From an uncultured Chloroflexia bacterium (GTDB lineage Bacteria > Chloroflexota > UBA6077 > JACCZL01): 64,000 bases of DNA. Made by a program: the position numbers and the translations under genes. The notes under the pieces are model-generated. The model saw only the letters and a list, made by a program, of their open reading frames with translations, had not been told where the DNA came from and did no database searches. Positions 1-10,553 of the stretch are shown here, one piece after another. How positions within the stretch are numbered: position 1 is the first letter of the stretch; every line of letters begins with the position of its first letter. Where the stretch lies: assembly GCA_963765765.1 (NCBI GenBank), contig CAVXYC010000020.1:64001-128000 (forward strand). Direction: 5' to 3'.

Positions 1-591
1 CGCCGCGCCCATTCCATCTCCATGGACGTCACGCGGCCCAAACAGGTGGCGGATCTGCTCGAAGAATCCAGGGCCCAATTCGGCGACATTGACATTCTGG
101 TCAATGCGGCCGGAATCAACGTTCGTGGGGATTCCGTCGATATTAGCGACGATGCGATCAACCAGGTCCTTCAGGTCAATCTGATGGGGGTGCTCCACTG
201 CTGCCGCGTCATTGGCGCACACATGGTGGAACGAGGCAGCGGCAGTATCGTTAATATCAGCTCCATCATGGGAAGCCTTGCCGGTCCAAGGATTCTGGCC
301 TACGTGACGTCGAAGGGCGGCGTGACCCAGCTTACCCGGGCGCTGGGCGTAGAGTGGGCAACTAGCGGTGTCCGTGTAAACGCTGTCGGGCCGGGATATT
401 GCCGCACTCCGCTGATCAACCAGGTCATGGACGATCCCGCCTGGCTTGCTCGCGTGGAGCAGCGCACACCAATGGGCAGGCTTGCCGAGCCACAGGAGAT
501 CGTTGGCCCCGTGCTCTTCCTGGTTTCCGATGCCGCGAGCTACGTCACCGGCACGGTCCTGTTCGTCGATGGGGGTTACACGGCCTCCTAA
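1..591 (+). CDS. Short-chain dehydrogenase/reductase, 5' end outside the window
   Basis: NAAG, NISS, YxxxK (YVTSK), VNAVGPG and VDGG motifs; Rossmann N-terminus missing. Confidence 0.9.
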   Translation, partial: RRAHSISMDVTRPKQVADLLEESRAQFGDIDILVNAAGINVRGDSVDISDDAINQVLQVNLMGVLHCCRVIGAHMVERGSGSIVNISSIMGSLAGPRILAYVTSKGGVTQLTRALGVEWATSGVRVNAVGPGYCRTPLINQVMDDPAWLARVEQRTPMGRLAEPQEIVGPVLFLVSDAASYVTGTVLFVDGGYTAS

Positions 592-689
592 ACGAGCTAG
601 TCAGTATTGCCTGACACAGGAGGGCCTTCGGTCGTAGAATGCGCAGGGCACACAGTCGTGCTGATTCTGGGAAAGGAGCCAAGAACCAG

Positions 690-881
690 ATGGAAAAAAC
701 CCTTGTTGCCACACTCGAAGGGCCACTGGGAAAAGCAGAGATTTACGAAGTGCCGCAGGCAAATGCCGATGGTGGCCTACAGCTGCAATACGAAGTGCTC
801 TTCAATGGTCAAACGGAGACGTACCGCGCCTTGGGGGAAGCGTACCTCGAGGCCGGGGAGAAGTCAGGCGCTCCTGCCTGA
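690..881 (+). CDS. Small hypothetical protein (63 aa)
   Basis: AAGGAG RBS before ATG at 690; protein-like composition (MEKTLVATLEGPLGKAEIYEV...). Confidence 0.7.
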   Translation: MEKTLVATLEGPLGKAEIYEVPQANADGGLQLQYEVLFNGQTETYRALGEAYLEAGEKSGAPA

Positions 882-969
882 GCCCGCGATCCACTAAATC
901 GGCGTCAGTCCAGTGGCGTTCAGCCGTGGATTGGCCTGAGTGAGCGGCCCAATCAACTTCCGATGGCAG

Positions 970-998
970 TTGATTGGGCCGCTTCTGGTGGATATACT
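970..998 (+). promoter_or_regulatory. Sigma70 promoter for tRNA-Gly
   Basis: TTGATT (970-975), 17 bp spacer, TATACT (993-998), 10 nt before the tRNA. Confidence 0.7.
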
Positions 999-1008
999 TC
1001 ACAGGCAC

Positions 1009-1083
1009 GCGGAAGTGGCGCAGTGGTAGCGCGTCTCCTTGCCAAGGAGAAGGTCGCGGGTTCGAATCCCGTCTTCCGCTCCA
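1009..1083 (+). tRNA. tRNA-Gly(GCC)
   Basis: GCGGAAG/CTTCCGC acceptor stem, anticodon arm TCTCC-TTGCCAA-GGAGA, GGTTCGAATCC, encoded CCA. Confidence 0.97.
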
Positions 1084-1096
1084 GATTGCGAGATTT

Positions 1097-1120
1097 AGGG
1101 TCCCGAAGGGACCCTTTATT
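1097..1120 (+). terminator. Intrinsic terminator after tRNA-Gly
   Basis: AGGGTCCC-GAA-GGGACCCT followed by TTATT. Confidence 0.7.
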
Positions 1121-1201
1121 GTTGACTTGCGTCGCGTGAGGTCGACTCTACCGAGGCCGCTGATCAGACGCCGACCGGTTTCCGGGTCCGTCCCAAGACT
1201 G

Positions 1202-1210
1202 TGTTAATAT
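1202..1210 (+). promoter_or_regulatory. Extended -10 element, putative tRNA-Cys promoter
   Basis: TG-T-TAATAT upstream of tRNA-Cys and downstream of the tRNA-Gly terminator. Confidence 0.45.
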
Positions 1211-1286
1211 TTTCCGCACGACATTTAGCGAGGCGAAGCTTCACTATAGAAAGGACGGGTATGATTCCCGTCTTCCGCCTCAATCC

Positions 1287-1361
<75 letters not shown>

Positions 1362-1918
1362 AGTTTTTGATCTCAAAAGCACCCCGCTCGGTGAATTCGA
1401 GCGGGACGTTTTGAGACCTTGAGCCCAACAATTAGCCACGGTGGGGTCGAACGCTCCCGCGGATAGACTGACACTACGGCGTTGAAAGCATCACGGGTCT
1501 TTCGATCGCTGAGCGTTGCCAGGGGATGATCCGCCTGCGCGGCAGTAGGACGCATCTGGTGAACCCGATGTGCGACCGACTCATCGATTGGCTCGCTCAC
1601 CAGTGGAGCGTGACGGAGCTGTCGCTCATCTGGCCGCGGCTGAGCGACAAGCGGCTCGAATGCTGACGTTCGCGGACTACCTCAGTTCGGTTTAGAGAAA
1701 CTGCCGATCATAACGTTCAATGACCAACCGGTACGAATTCTGCAAAAATTGTGTGTAACCTTGCACCCCAGTTGAGGGCCATCGAAGTGTAGAGCGGGTC
1801 CCGGTGCCTGGATAAGAAGTCGGAATTTGCGCCCGCGGCGACTCAGATACAGCTAAGGGACTCTCCCTAAGCGGCACTAAATGGCTCTCCTCTGGAGATC
1901 GAAGGCCTGAGGAGGCTT

Positions 1919-2170
1919 ATGATGGCCAAGGATGGTCGATCGCCACGGCGGTGTCCAGAGTGTCACGAGTCCGCGCCCAATGTCACCGCGATAGGTGATG
2001 CCGAACAGACCTGGGTCTGTGGCCAGGATGATTGCTCGGTGCGCGAGTTCACACGCGATGGTGTCAAGACGCGCATGCTGCCGCGTGAACGAGCAAGAAT
2101 GGGCTCAACGAGTCCGTCGGTTCCCGAGCAAGCACGGCGCCAATACGGAGCTCGCTGGCATAACGCTTAG
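1919..2170 (+). CDS. Small zinc-ribbon-like protein
   Basis: GAGGAGG RBS; CPEC...CGQDDC cysteine pairs. Confidence 0.65.
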   Translation: MMAKDGRSPRRCPECHESAPNVTAIGDAEQTWVCGQDDCSVREFTRDGVKTRMLPRERARMGSTSPSVPEQARRQYGARWHNA

Positions 2171-2606
2171 TATTCCCGCGGTAACCACGGAATACTGTCC
2201 CAAGCGTCTCGTCACTGTACGGCCTTCCGTCGCAGGTCCCCGATTGGGACCGATCGCGCTCCGGTTCATGCCGTCGCTGCAAACGTTAGTGTCGGACCAA
2301 TTTCCAATTCACGAGGACACTAGGAGCAATAGTCGACCCTGCTGGAGCCTGTGGCAGAACTGCAATAACTCCGTTCAGGTCCGCGACTCTGCTTGTCGCC
2401 GGCGCTCGATCTCACGAGCGGCCCATGGGTCGGCTGAGAAACGCCAGGAGCACTGACCAACTACGATGGCTTGCCACGTGACGAGTGAATCGGTCTGAAA
2501 TATGTTCGCGCGCACCTTCGTTGCCGATTGCAGAGATTCGCCCGCGGCATCCATACTCTGCACGGGCCGCTACGGCCTATTCACATGACACCTAGCGGGA
2601 GCACCA

Positions 2607-3185
2607 GTGAAGATAACCCCTCTCGAGATTGGCGGACTTCAGCTTGTTGAGCTGGACATCCATGGCGACGCAAGGGGCTTCTTCGTCGAGCGATTCCATG
2701 CTGAGCTCTTCCGACCTTGCATTTCCACCCAGTTCGTTCAGGACAATCACTCCAGATCCGCTCCAGGTGTCCTGCGTGGACTGCACTTCCAATATGGTCC
2801 CCCACAAGGAAAGCTTGTGGGGGTGGTCCACGGTGCCATCTTCGACGTTGCCGTCGACATCCGTCCCGAATCACCGACGTTTGGCCGAAGTTATGGTGTG
2901 GAGCTGAGCGACCTCAACGGACGTTTGCTGTGGGTGCCGCCAGGCTTCGCGCACGGGTTCTGTGTAATCGGTGACGGGCCGGCAGATGTTCTCTATAAGG
3001 TGGACGCCGCCTATGCTCCCACTGGCGAAGGCGGGATTCGCTGGAACGATCCGGAGCTATCGGTGAAGTGGCCCGTGGAGGATCCCACGGTCTCAGCGCG
3101 TGATATGGTGCTGCCCACGTTTGCCGAATATCAGGTAGCCCCGCCTGCATGGTCACAGATCCTGAACGGGGCAGCTAGAACCTAG
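2607..3185 (+). CDS. rmlC: dTDP-4-dehydrorhamnose 3,5-epimerase
   Basis: DARGFF, FVQDNHSRS, GVLRGLHFQ, DVAVDIR, LWVPPGFAHGF motifs. Confidence 0.95.
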   Translation: MKITPLEIGGLQLVELDIHGDARGFFVERFHAELFRPCISTQFVQDNHSRSAPGVLRGLHFQYGPPQGKLVGVVHGAIFDVAVDIRPESPTFGRSYGVELSDLNGRLLWVPPGFAHGFCVIGDGPADVLYKVDAAYAPTGEGGIRWNDPELSVKWPVEDPTVSARDMVLPTFAEYQVAPPAWSQILNGAART

Positions 3186-3305
3186 GAAAACCAAGATTAA
3201 ATCGTTGAGCGGAAATTAATGGCCTCGACTATTGAAGTCGGGGCCATTTCCATGTGCGGGGCCTGATGACCGGGCTTGATGACCCGCGGGCGGTCTGGCG
3301 GATTG

Positions 3306-3848
3306 CTATCCGTGCATGCCCCGGCTGGCCCCGGGGCGATGGCCGGGACCAAAGCCTTCGGGACCACTGACGATGACGGCTCGAGGCTGATCGCCGTCGA
3401 TAGCAACCACCATGACCTTGTCACCAACTGCGATCTGGGTTGACGTTTGCCCACCGGTCCATGGCTGCGCGGCCCGGCGAATCACGGTGTCGGCGTTCAG
3501 GCCGTATGTCTTGCTCGAGCCCAATGAGGTGTCGTTGGGGGCGATGGTCAGAGAGTCCGCAGAGACGCTCTGGGCGGTACCCGGGACAACCGTTAGAGTG
3601 TGCGAAACGTTGTTCACATCGCTGAAGCGCGCCTGCACACCCGCAAAATGACTAAAGCGCTCGGCGGGTGAAAGCTGCGCCAGCCCACGCACCTCTGGCG
3701 GAAGCTGTGCAGAGAACATCTCGTGCGGAATTATCTGCCCGGCTGCTGAGGCCACCGCAACTCCGGTGAGATGAGAACCCAGGCCGGATAAAAAGAACGC
3801 GGCGGTAGCCAGCGAGCTAAGGCCTGCAATTGCGATCGTACGTATCAT
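3306..3848 (-). CDS. Exported hypothetical protein, possible OB-fold (DUF5666-like) domain
   Basis: AAGGGAGG RBS; signal-peptide-like N-terminus; 'VPGTAQSVSADSLTI...IAVGDKVMV' pattern. Confidence 0.65.
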   Translation of the reverse strand: MIRTIAIAGLSSLATAAFFLSGLGSHLTGVAVASAAGQIIPHEMFSAQLPPEVRGLAQLSPAERFSHFAGVQARFSDVNNVSHTLTVVPGTAQSVSADSLTIAPNDTSLGSSKTYGLNADTVIRRAAQPWTGGQTSTQIAVGDKVMVVAIDGDQPRAVIVSGPEGFGPGHRPGASRGMHG

Positions 3849-4173
3849 CGTTGTTCCTCCCTTGGCGGGCGTCGTTGTCTCGCATTGCCAGCTGGTCTTC
3901 TTAGAAGCGCTTCACTCAATTGCTGATACGCGTATGGCAGGCCAGAGGTTGCAGCTCGCACTCGAGCTAGTATTGATGTCTTTACGAGGCATGTACTGAT
4001 CGCTTCAGCGATGTTTCACGGCGAGAATTAGCAAGCGAAGCGATGCGGTCCTAGATTGCTAGTGGAGAACGGAAAGCTACCGATTCGCCGCGGCATCGCT
4101 TCCGCTCGTCGTCTTTAGGAGACGCGCTGGAGTACCCACGACGTTCGCCTGGCGAGCGGCATAAGGCGAGCTC

Positions 4174-7100
4174 CTAGCGCGGGTCCACGGTGATCTTGGC
4201 AACCTCGAAGAAGTTCTCGCCGTTTGGCTGCGTAAGGCGCTGGCTGGTAACGGGATCGTACATGCCAGTGATGAGCCGGTATTCGCCCGCGGGGAGGTTG
4301 CGATCGATCGAGATCGCATGCTCGTCCACCACGTGATCGCCCGCCACCCATCCGGATGTCGGTTGGGCGCCGCCATCCGGCTGACCATCGTGCTGGGCAG
4401 CCACTCGTCCATCCGGTCCAAGAAGTTGAGTAAATACGGTGAGCGCCTGTCCGGGCGGCGCATTCGCCTTCCAGAAGAGCGTAAGCAGAAGCTGCTGATC
4501 CCGGCCCGGGCGTACGGTCTGACCGGGATCGAGGGTGTAACCGATCAAAGCAATGGCTGAGCCGAGCTGCGTGTCCAGCTCCACGGTGGGCTTCTGATTG
4601 GAAGACGACTGTCCCTCGCGTCCGCGAATAGTGACACGCTGCACCTCGCGCTTCACCTCTGTGCGGCCGGTCGCGGCGTCGCGCAATTCCAGGACAAGCT
4701 GCGCCTCGCCCGCGGCGGTGCCAGGTCTTGGGATGAGTCGGTACTGGCCTCGGAAGATCTCCCGCTCCTCCCAGCGATTGGTGGGATTCGCATCACCGGT
4801 AGGTCGAGTGATCTGCTCAGCCAGCGTTCGGCCTCCGTCTCGGCTCTCGAGCGCTACGCGTACCTGGTAGTCACGCTTCACATCACGCAGCGCGCGCCAG
4901 ATGAATTGCAGATCCAGCGACTCGCCCGGCGCCAGCTCATTCCGACCGTACTCACCGCCCATGATGTCAACGTCATCATTCAGCCGAACTCGCTCGCGAT
5001 TGGTGACCTGCACCTCACGTTCGCGCGGCGGCGACGGTGCCTTATTGATCAGTACCTCGCCCAGCATTGCCTGCACACCCGAAGGGTTCCCGTTCTGATC
5101 GAGGACGTTCAGCGCTCGCTCGCCGTCCAGTACACGCATGGCCAGTCGGTACCTGCCCGGCGGCGTTTCGGGAGGAACGGCCATGCGGAGCTGATCGCGG
5201 ATGAGCTGCCCGTCCACCCAGGTCCAGGTCGGCGCCATTCGATCCACCGGCTCAGACTCGCGCACGGCCCAGGTGAATCCTTGCTCGTCCACCAGACTGG
5301 CGCTCATGTGATAGATGCCGGGTGACGTGGCAAGTGCTCTCCAGGCAATGTCAACCTGGAGAGTCTCCCCCGCCGCCACGTTTGCTGTTTCCGATTCGCT
5401 CGCCAGCGACACTGGCTCCGGTACCGGTTGTCGATCAGAAAGACCGCGGGTAAGCTGGAAACCCTCAATACCGACTTTGTCCGCGAACAACGCCTTTGCC
5501 GGGTAGCGCAATCCGGCGGATGCCGTGCCACCCTCGGTAACGTGCAGAGGACCGAGTCGGATGGAGCCCTGGGTGGGGAGCAGCTCAACCAGCTCCATGT
5601 TCCGAACCCCAATATTTCGTCCCTGGGAGAGCGCGCCTACGTCAAGCTGATAGACGCCAGGAGCCAGTCCCGCAGGAACCTCCAGTGGAACGGAGGTACG
5701 GTAAGATCCGTCTGTTCCAATGGACTCCCGAGCGGTCTCGGTGGCAAACGACCAGTTCTGCTCGTCGATGTTCGTCAGTCGAACAAAGGCTTCGGATCGT
5801 GCCGCGCGGTCGGCCTGCCCCGGCTCCGGTTTCCAATACAGGTTGACCATCAGACTCGTACCCGGCTCAACCAGCTCACCGCGCTTGAGCTGAGTACCAG
5901 ACCGCAGAAGGTCGTACCCTGTGAGCGTTGCCACATCACCGAGTGTGATCTTGACTGGCACCTGCGCAGGCGACACAGCGTAATATGACTGGAAGAAGCG
6001 CATAGAACCCAACGGCACAAGCATGACAGCAGCGGCGATCAAGCCGCCTCGAATGGCGAGCTCTCGGCCGGTGGGGCGCTCGAGCACAAGCTTGCCACGT
6101 GGGCGAAATGCCCAGATCGCAGTGGCCAGAGCGAACACGACCGCGACGACGGTAATCGCATCGGACATACTGCGGAGTGGCGTGTTTTCAAACGAAACGC
6201 GCAGACTGTGCTCTCCGGCAGGCACTTGTATGGCAAGCATGCCCTCGGGCTCTGACGGGGTCACGTCTACGGGTTGATCGTCGAGCCAGCCCTTCCAACC
6301 GGGGAAATACGCCAGGTTCAGCACAACGCGGGACGGTCTATCCGTACTCACGTGATAGCTTGCCCGCCCCGCTTTCGAGTCAAGCAAGATCACTCGGGCC
6401 CAAGGGTCAGATGCCATCGGGTGCACTGCCTCGTCGTAACGTGCGCCGACCACCCGGCCCAGCGCCTCTGGCGAAACCCAGGGATAGTCGGTGACCCATC
6501 GCGGCACGTACTCGCCTGCCACGGTAGTACCGACGAGGTGGTAGAGCAGCTCAAACTCGATCGTCTCGCGCACGCCAACTTCTGGGTCTTTCTGGTTGGC
6601 CATGATCGGCTTGAGATTCCAGAGGTTTGTAGCCAGGCAGAACACCACCAGCGCTGCAGCCGCGGCAGTTCGCCAGCGCGGGGCCAGGATGTCCACCAGG
6701 TAGCCGGTGGCAATGCTGGTAGGCAGCGCCATGAGAAGCAAGAATCGCCAGGGGAACTGCGTCAGCGGCAGCAACGGGATCGTTTCCCACAGCGGCAACG
6801 AGGGCGGCTGAGAGAAGAAGAATGCAATGCCGAAGATCAGTACGGACATGATCAGCTCGGTACGCGCCCGTGGCAGGAAGCGCTTGAACACGATCAGGCC
6901 AGCGATTGCGCCGATTCCGCCCAGGACCACCTGAACCAGGCCCATCTTGTACGCGTACACCGGCGAGTCGGGAAAGATGATCCCGTAGGTGTGGAATACC
7001 GTGTTCGGCAGAATGTCCTTGAGCGCAGGGAAGTGGTCATTATGCGAGACATAGAGAAGTCCCTTTAGCTGGACGAGCTCCTTCTCCACCAGCGCCGGAA

Positions 7101-7831
7101 ATGCAAGGTAAGCGCACAGGCCACCTGCGAGCAGCGGCCGCGGCGACCAACCGGGCGCCCACAAACGAGAAGGTCTTCACTCCACCGCCGTTCTCCAGAA
7201 CGGCGCGAATCATGAGCCACAGGCAGTAAATCACCAGAATGGGCGTAAAGATGAAGGCGGAGAGGTTGTGCGTCAGCACGATCAGCGCATAGAAGCCCGC
7301 CGCGGCAATGAAGTACCGCCCGAGTTTCCAACGACTGTGCGGCTCGGAGAGTCGGCTGAACGCCCAGAGAATCGTTGGGAAAAGCGCCATCGCCGCGAAT
7401 TCCGGAATGTCGCCGCGGTAATAGGCGTTGACCAGGTGGTACGGAACGTAGACGAACACCACCGACGCCACGGTGGCGGCGTTGAGCGACAGAAACGTGG
7501 AGCTATAGAGGAACGCTCCCACCGCTGAGAGGACCATGAAAACCGCGATGACAGCCTTCGTGGCAGCAAGCCAACCGAGGCCAACCGCGTGGAATGCCGC
7601 CGCCAGGTAGTAGGTGAACGGCGAATAGAAATTAAAGAGCGGTGTGCCGTAACCCAGGAACTGATCCGGCGCCCAGCGACACACGAGACTTCCGTCACGC
7701 AAGCACTGATCGATCTCGATGGCTCGATGAACGTGGTACAGCCCATCACTCGAGGCAAAGAAATGCTCGGTAGTAAGGGGGATGAGCGCCGGAAGCGAGA
7801 GGGCGCTAACGAGGAGCAGGCGAAAGAGCAA
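4174..7831 (-). CDS. Large polytopic GT-C/YfhO-like membrane protein with repeated extracellular beta-sandwich domains; apparent frameshift near 7040-7160
   Basis: N-part DGLYH...RWAPD..GYGTPLFNFYSP, RGDIPE; QFPWRFL and YFPGWKG motifs; C-terminal repeats 'LxGYxL..PG..L.V.LYW' and 'PAGEYRL..GMYD'. Confidence 0.8.
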
Positions 7832-8126
7832 GTCGTCTGTCTTAGGAGAGAGATATCGCCGAGCGCAGCCCGGCCGATGTCACGCTACCTTATAGCCGTC
7901 TAGGCCAGGTGCGATCAACCGCGAGCAAGCTATTACTACGGTGGTGCGGGTCTCTGTACCCGCCAGTTGGCTCAGATGCCCCAGTGATGGAAGAAGAGAC
8001 CCATACTCCAGGGGCAAACAAGTCCACGCACCTAACAACGGTCAGGCCAGTGCTCGGGCTCGCAAGTCCGAATCGCTTCAGGCCATCCAGTAGAATCCAA
8101 ACGGTGACGCGCCAGGCGCGTCTCCA

Positions 8127-8209
8127 GCCGGGGTGGCGGAATGGCAGACGCGGCGGACTTAAACTCCGCTGTCCGCGAGGACGTACGGGTTCGAATCCCG
8201 TCCCCGGCA
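8127..8209 (+). tRNA. tRNA-Leu(TAA), long variable arm, CCA not encoded
   Basis: GCCGGGG/CCCCGGC acceptor stem, GCGGA-CTTAAAC-TCCGC anticodon arm, variable arm GTCCGCGAGGAC, GGTTCGAATCC; TAGAAT at 8091-8096. Confidence 0.95.
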
Positions 8210-8226
8210 CCGGTGATTGAACTCGA

Positions 8227-9436
8227 TTATGACGAGTGCGCGATTTTCACGGCGCCCACAACGGTTACTTGACGACCAAACTGAGGACCAAGGCGTTCAG
8301 GAGATTGCGCTAGGACTTGATCCATCCGAGCTGCGGCCTGTTCCTGCATCGTCGGCAGAACGTGACTGTAGACATCCAGCTTAAGGCTGATAGTGCTGTG
8401 TCCGAGCGTCTCCTGGACAACCTTCGGATGTTCACCCATTGCCAGCAGCAAGGTCGCGGCGGTATGGCGCAGGTCATGGAATCGGATTGCAGGTAGCTCC
8501 GCACGCTGAAGAAGTGGTTTGAATTCGCGGCTAGAAATGTTCCGTCCGTCGAAATCCTCACCGATTTCGTTACAGATGACGAGGTCGTGAGCGGCCCAAT
8601 GCGGGCCTGCGCTTAGTCGCGTCTCAAGCTGTCGAGTTCAATGGGCGGAGTGCATTTACTGCCGTACTCGAGAGGCGTATCTGACGACGACGGTGCCCGG
8701 TCTTCGGCTCTTCGAAACTCCACTCGCCTGGGAGACGTTGCAGCGTGTGGCGCACCTCTAGCCGTGCGGCGTCGAGATCAAGGTTCGGCCAGCGAAGCGC
8801 GAGCAACTCGCCTTGCCGCATCCCGGTGGTGACCGCCAAGACATACAGCGCTTCCAGATGATCGCCTGATGATGTCTGCAAGAGCTTTCTTGCCTGCTCA
8901 AGGGTTAGGGGGCGAATCTCTTGATGTTTCGGTGTTGGCACATCAACGGCGTCCGAGGGATTCCGTCCAATCAATTTCCACTTCACCGCCTGACGCAGGG
9001 CTCGATGCAGCACGGAGTGAAGGAATTGGACAGTCCGTGCCAGAAGTCCCTCCGAGAGCTTCTTGCTGTAGAGCCGACTCAAATGCTGTGGGGTAAGCTT
9101 CGAAAGAGTCACCCGCCCGAGCGTCGGGAGTGCATGCAGTTCCACGAGCTGCTGGTAGCGTACGTACCTTCGAGGCCGTAGTGTGGGCCGAGCGGTATCT
9201 TCAAGCCATCGGCGTAGGTAATGCTTTAGTAACTGCTCGGGCGCGGTAACCAGCGTTCCATCGCGCAGTTGCTGCCGCGCTCCGGCAAGCATGTTTTGAA
9301 CTTCTCGCTGCGTTCTGCCGTAGAACGGCTTGCGCTTCCGCTTCCCATGCACCCAGCCTAGATCGACCTTCGCTTCCCAGCGACCGTCTTTGCGCTTCGT
9401 GATCGTGCCTTCACCGTGTCCGCGTCGTCAGGCCAT
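8227..9436 (-). pseudogene. Tyrosine recombinase/integrase, degraded
   Basis: MA*RRGHGEGTITKRKDGRW (TGA at codon 3), TGMRQGELLALRW, IRFHDLRHT, LGHSTIS..LDVYSH; split into several frames; convergent with tRNA-Leu. Confidence 0.9.
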
Positions 9437-9624
9437 CAGTCCGACTCCTTCGCCCGCTGCTCGCGCTTCCGCTTCGTATAGGCAGCCACACGGCATCGGT
9501 TGGAGCATTACTGCCGCCTCACCGTGCCCGTCATGCTGGTCCCGCAGATCACACAGGGGCGCTCGACGATACGCGGGCGCGCCACCAACTCTCGCCCGAG
9601 GACCCTCCCACGTTCATCAGTCAT
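9436..9624 (-). pseudogene. Small CGNR-like zinc-finger protein with internal TAA, coupled to the integrase
   Basis: Manual translation MTDERGRVLGRELVARPRIVERPCVICGTSMTGTVRRQ*CSNRCRVAAYTKRKREQRAKESD; its TGA overlaps the integrase ATG (TGATG). Confidence 0.7.
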
Positions 9625-9971
9625 GGGTTCATCCCATCACATTTAAACGTTTCCGTGTGACTTGAAAACGCGACAACAGATTTCGTTGACTCGCTGGGGA
9701 AAAGCGACATATGCGACATATCTCGCTGACTGGCGGCCTGCGGTCACGATCAAAAGGTAATGCGTCGGCTGGCGTCCCTGCCCTTCATTGATGTTGCTAA
9801 GAGGCGATGCTACCGATCAGTGACCTCGCCAGGACGCTGGCGTAATGAACTGAATAGTCCACTCGAACTACATCCATGACCGAAGGTCCCGCGTTAATGT
9901 GTCTGTCAGCAAGTTAACTGGGCGGGTTCGCCCACTCGCATGCAATCGCGCCGATGATGAACCACTAACTA

Positions 9972-10001
9972 TTTGTGTAGCGCTCGTTTGTGTAGCGCTC
10001 G
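9972..10001. repeat. Perfect tandem 15-bp direct repeat
   Basis: TTTGTGTAGCGCTCG x2. Confidence 0.85.
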
Positions 10002-10050
10002 GTCTCCGATGGGGCGGCAGGGAGCACAGCAGGGGAGAAAGAGGCCAGTC

Positions 10051-10488
10051 CATGCTCGTTCATGAAGCGCGCCTGCTCAGATCGATCGCCCGCGCCACCC
10101 ACGGCCGGTTCCCGCCGACCGCGTTCCCCCGGCTGGTGGAGCTCCTCCAGCGCCGCGCGGCGCGCGACGGGGCCGCGGCCGGGTACGAGTCCATGTATGA
10201 CGACCTCGGAGCTGCGGGGAGCATCCGGGGGACTCCGTGGGCGGCGTCCGGGTGGACGCCGTCACCATCGCACCCGACGTGCAGGCGCGGGTGCTCGGGT
10301 ATCTGCACGCGCACCGCGCCGACTGGATCGAGGCCTTGCGCCGGGATGGCAAGCGGCTGGGCGACGTGCGGGTGGTCCGCGACAGCATCGAGGTGGTGGT
10401 CGAGCGGGATCCAGATACGGCCCCCGGAGTGCCCGAGCATCGACGAGCTCCGCGCCACGGCGCACGCGAGCATCGCGACCGCGTCTAG
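10051..10488 (+). CDS. Hypothetical protein, frameshifted near 10205; homolog of 59246..59683
   Basis: FPRLVELLQRR..GYESMYDD / EHPGDSVGGVRVDAVTIAP..HRADWIEAL..GKRLGDVRVV..IEVVVE aligns with the 59.2 kb ORF. Confidence 0.75.
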
Positions 10489-10553
10489 CCGCGCCCCCTC
10501 ACCGGGCGGCACCGCGCCCGATGGCCTCCCTGGTGGACGACACTAGGAGCGTC

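Noticed and set aside
1790-1915. c-di-AMP (ydaO) riboswitch-like CAGCTAA segment
   Set aside because: The other conserved blocks could not be found
9428-9500. Stop-codon recoding at the integrase TGA and zinc-finger TAA
   Set aside because: Two different stop codons, no SECIS-like context, and other signs of decay; pseudogenisation is simpler
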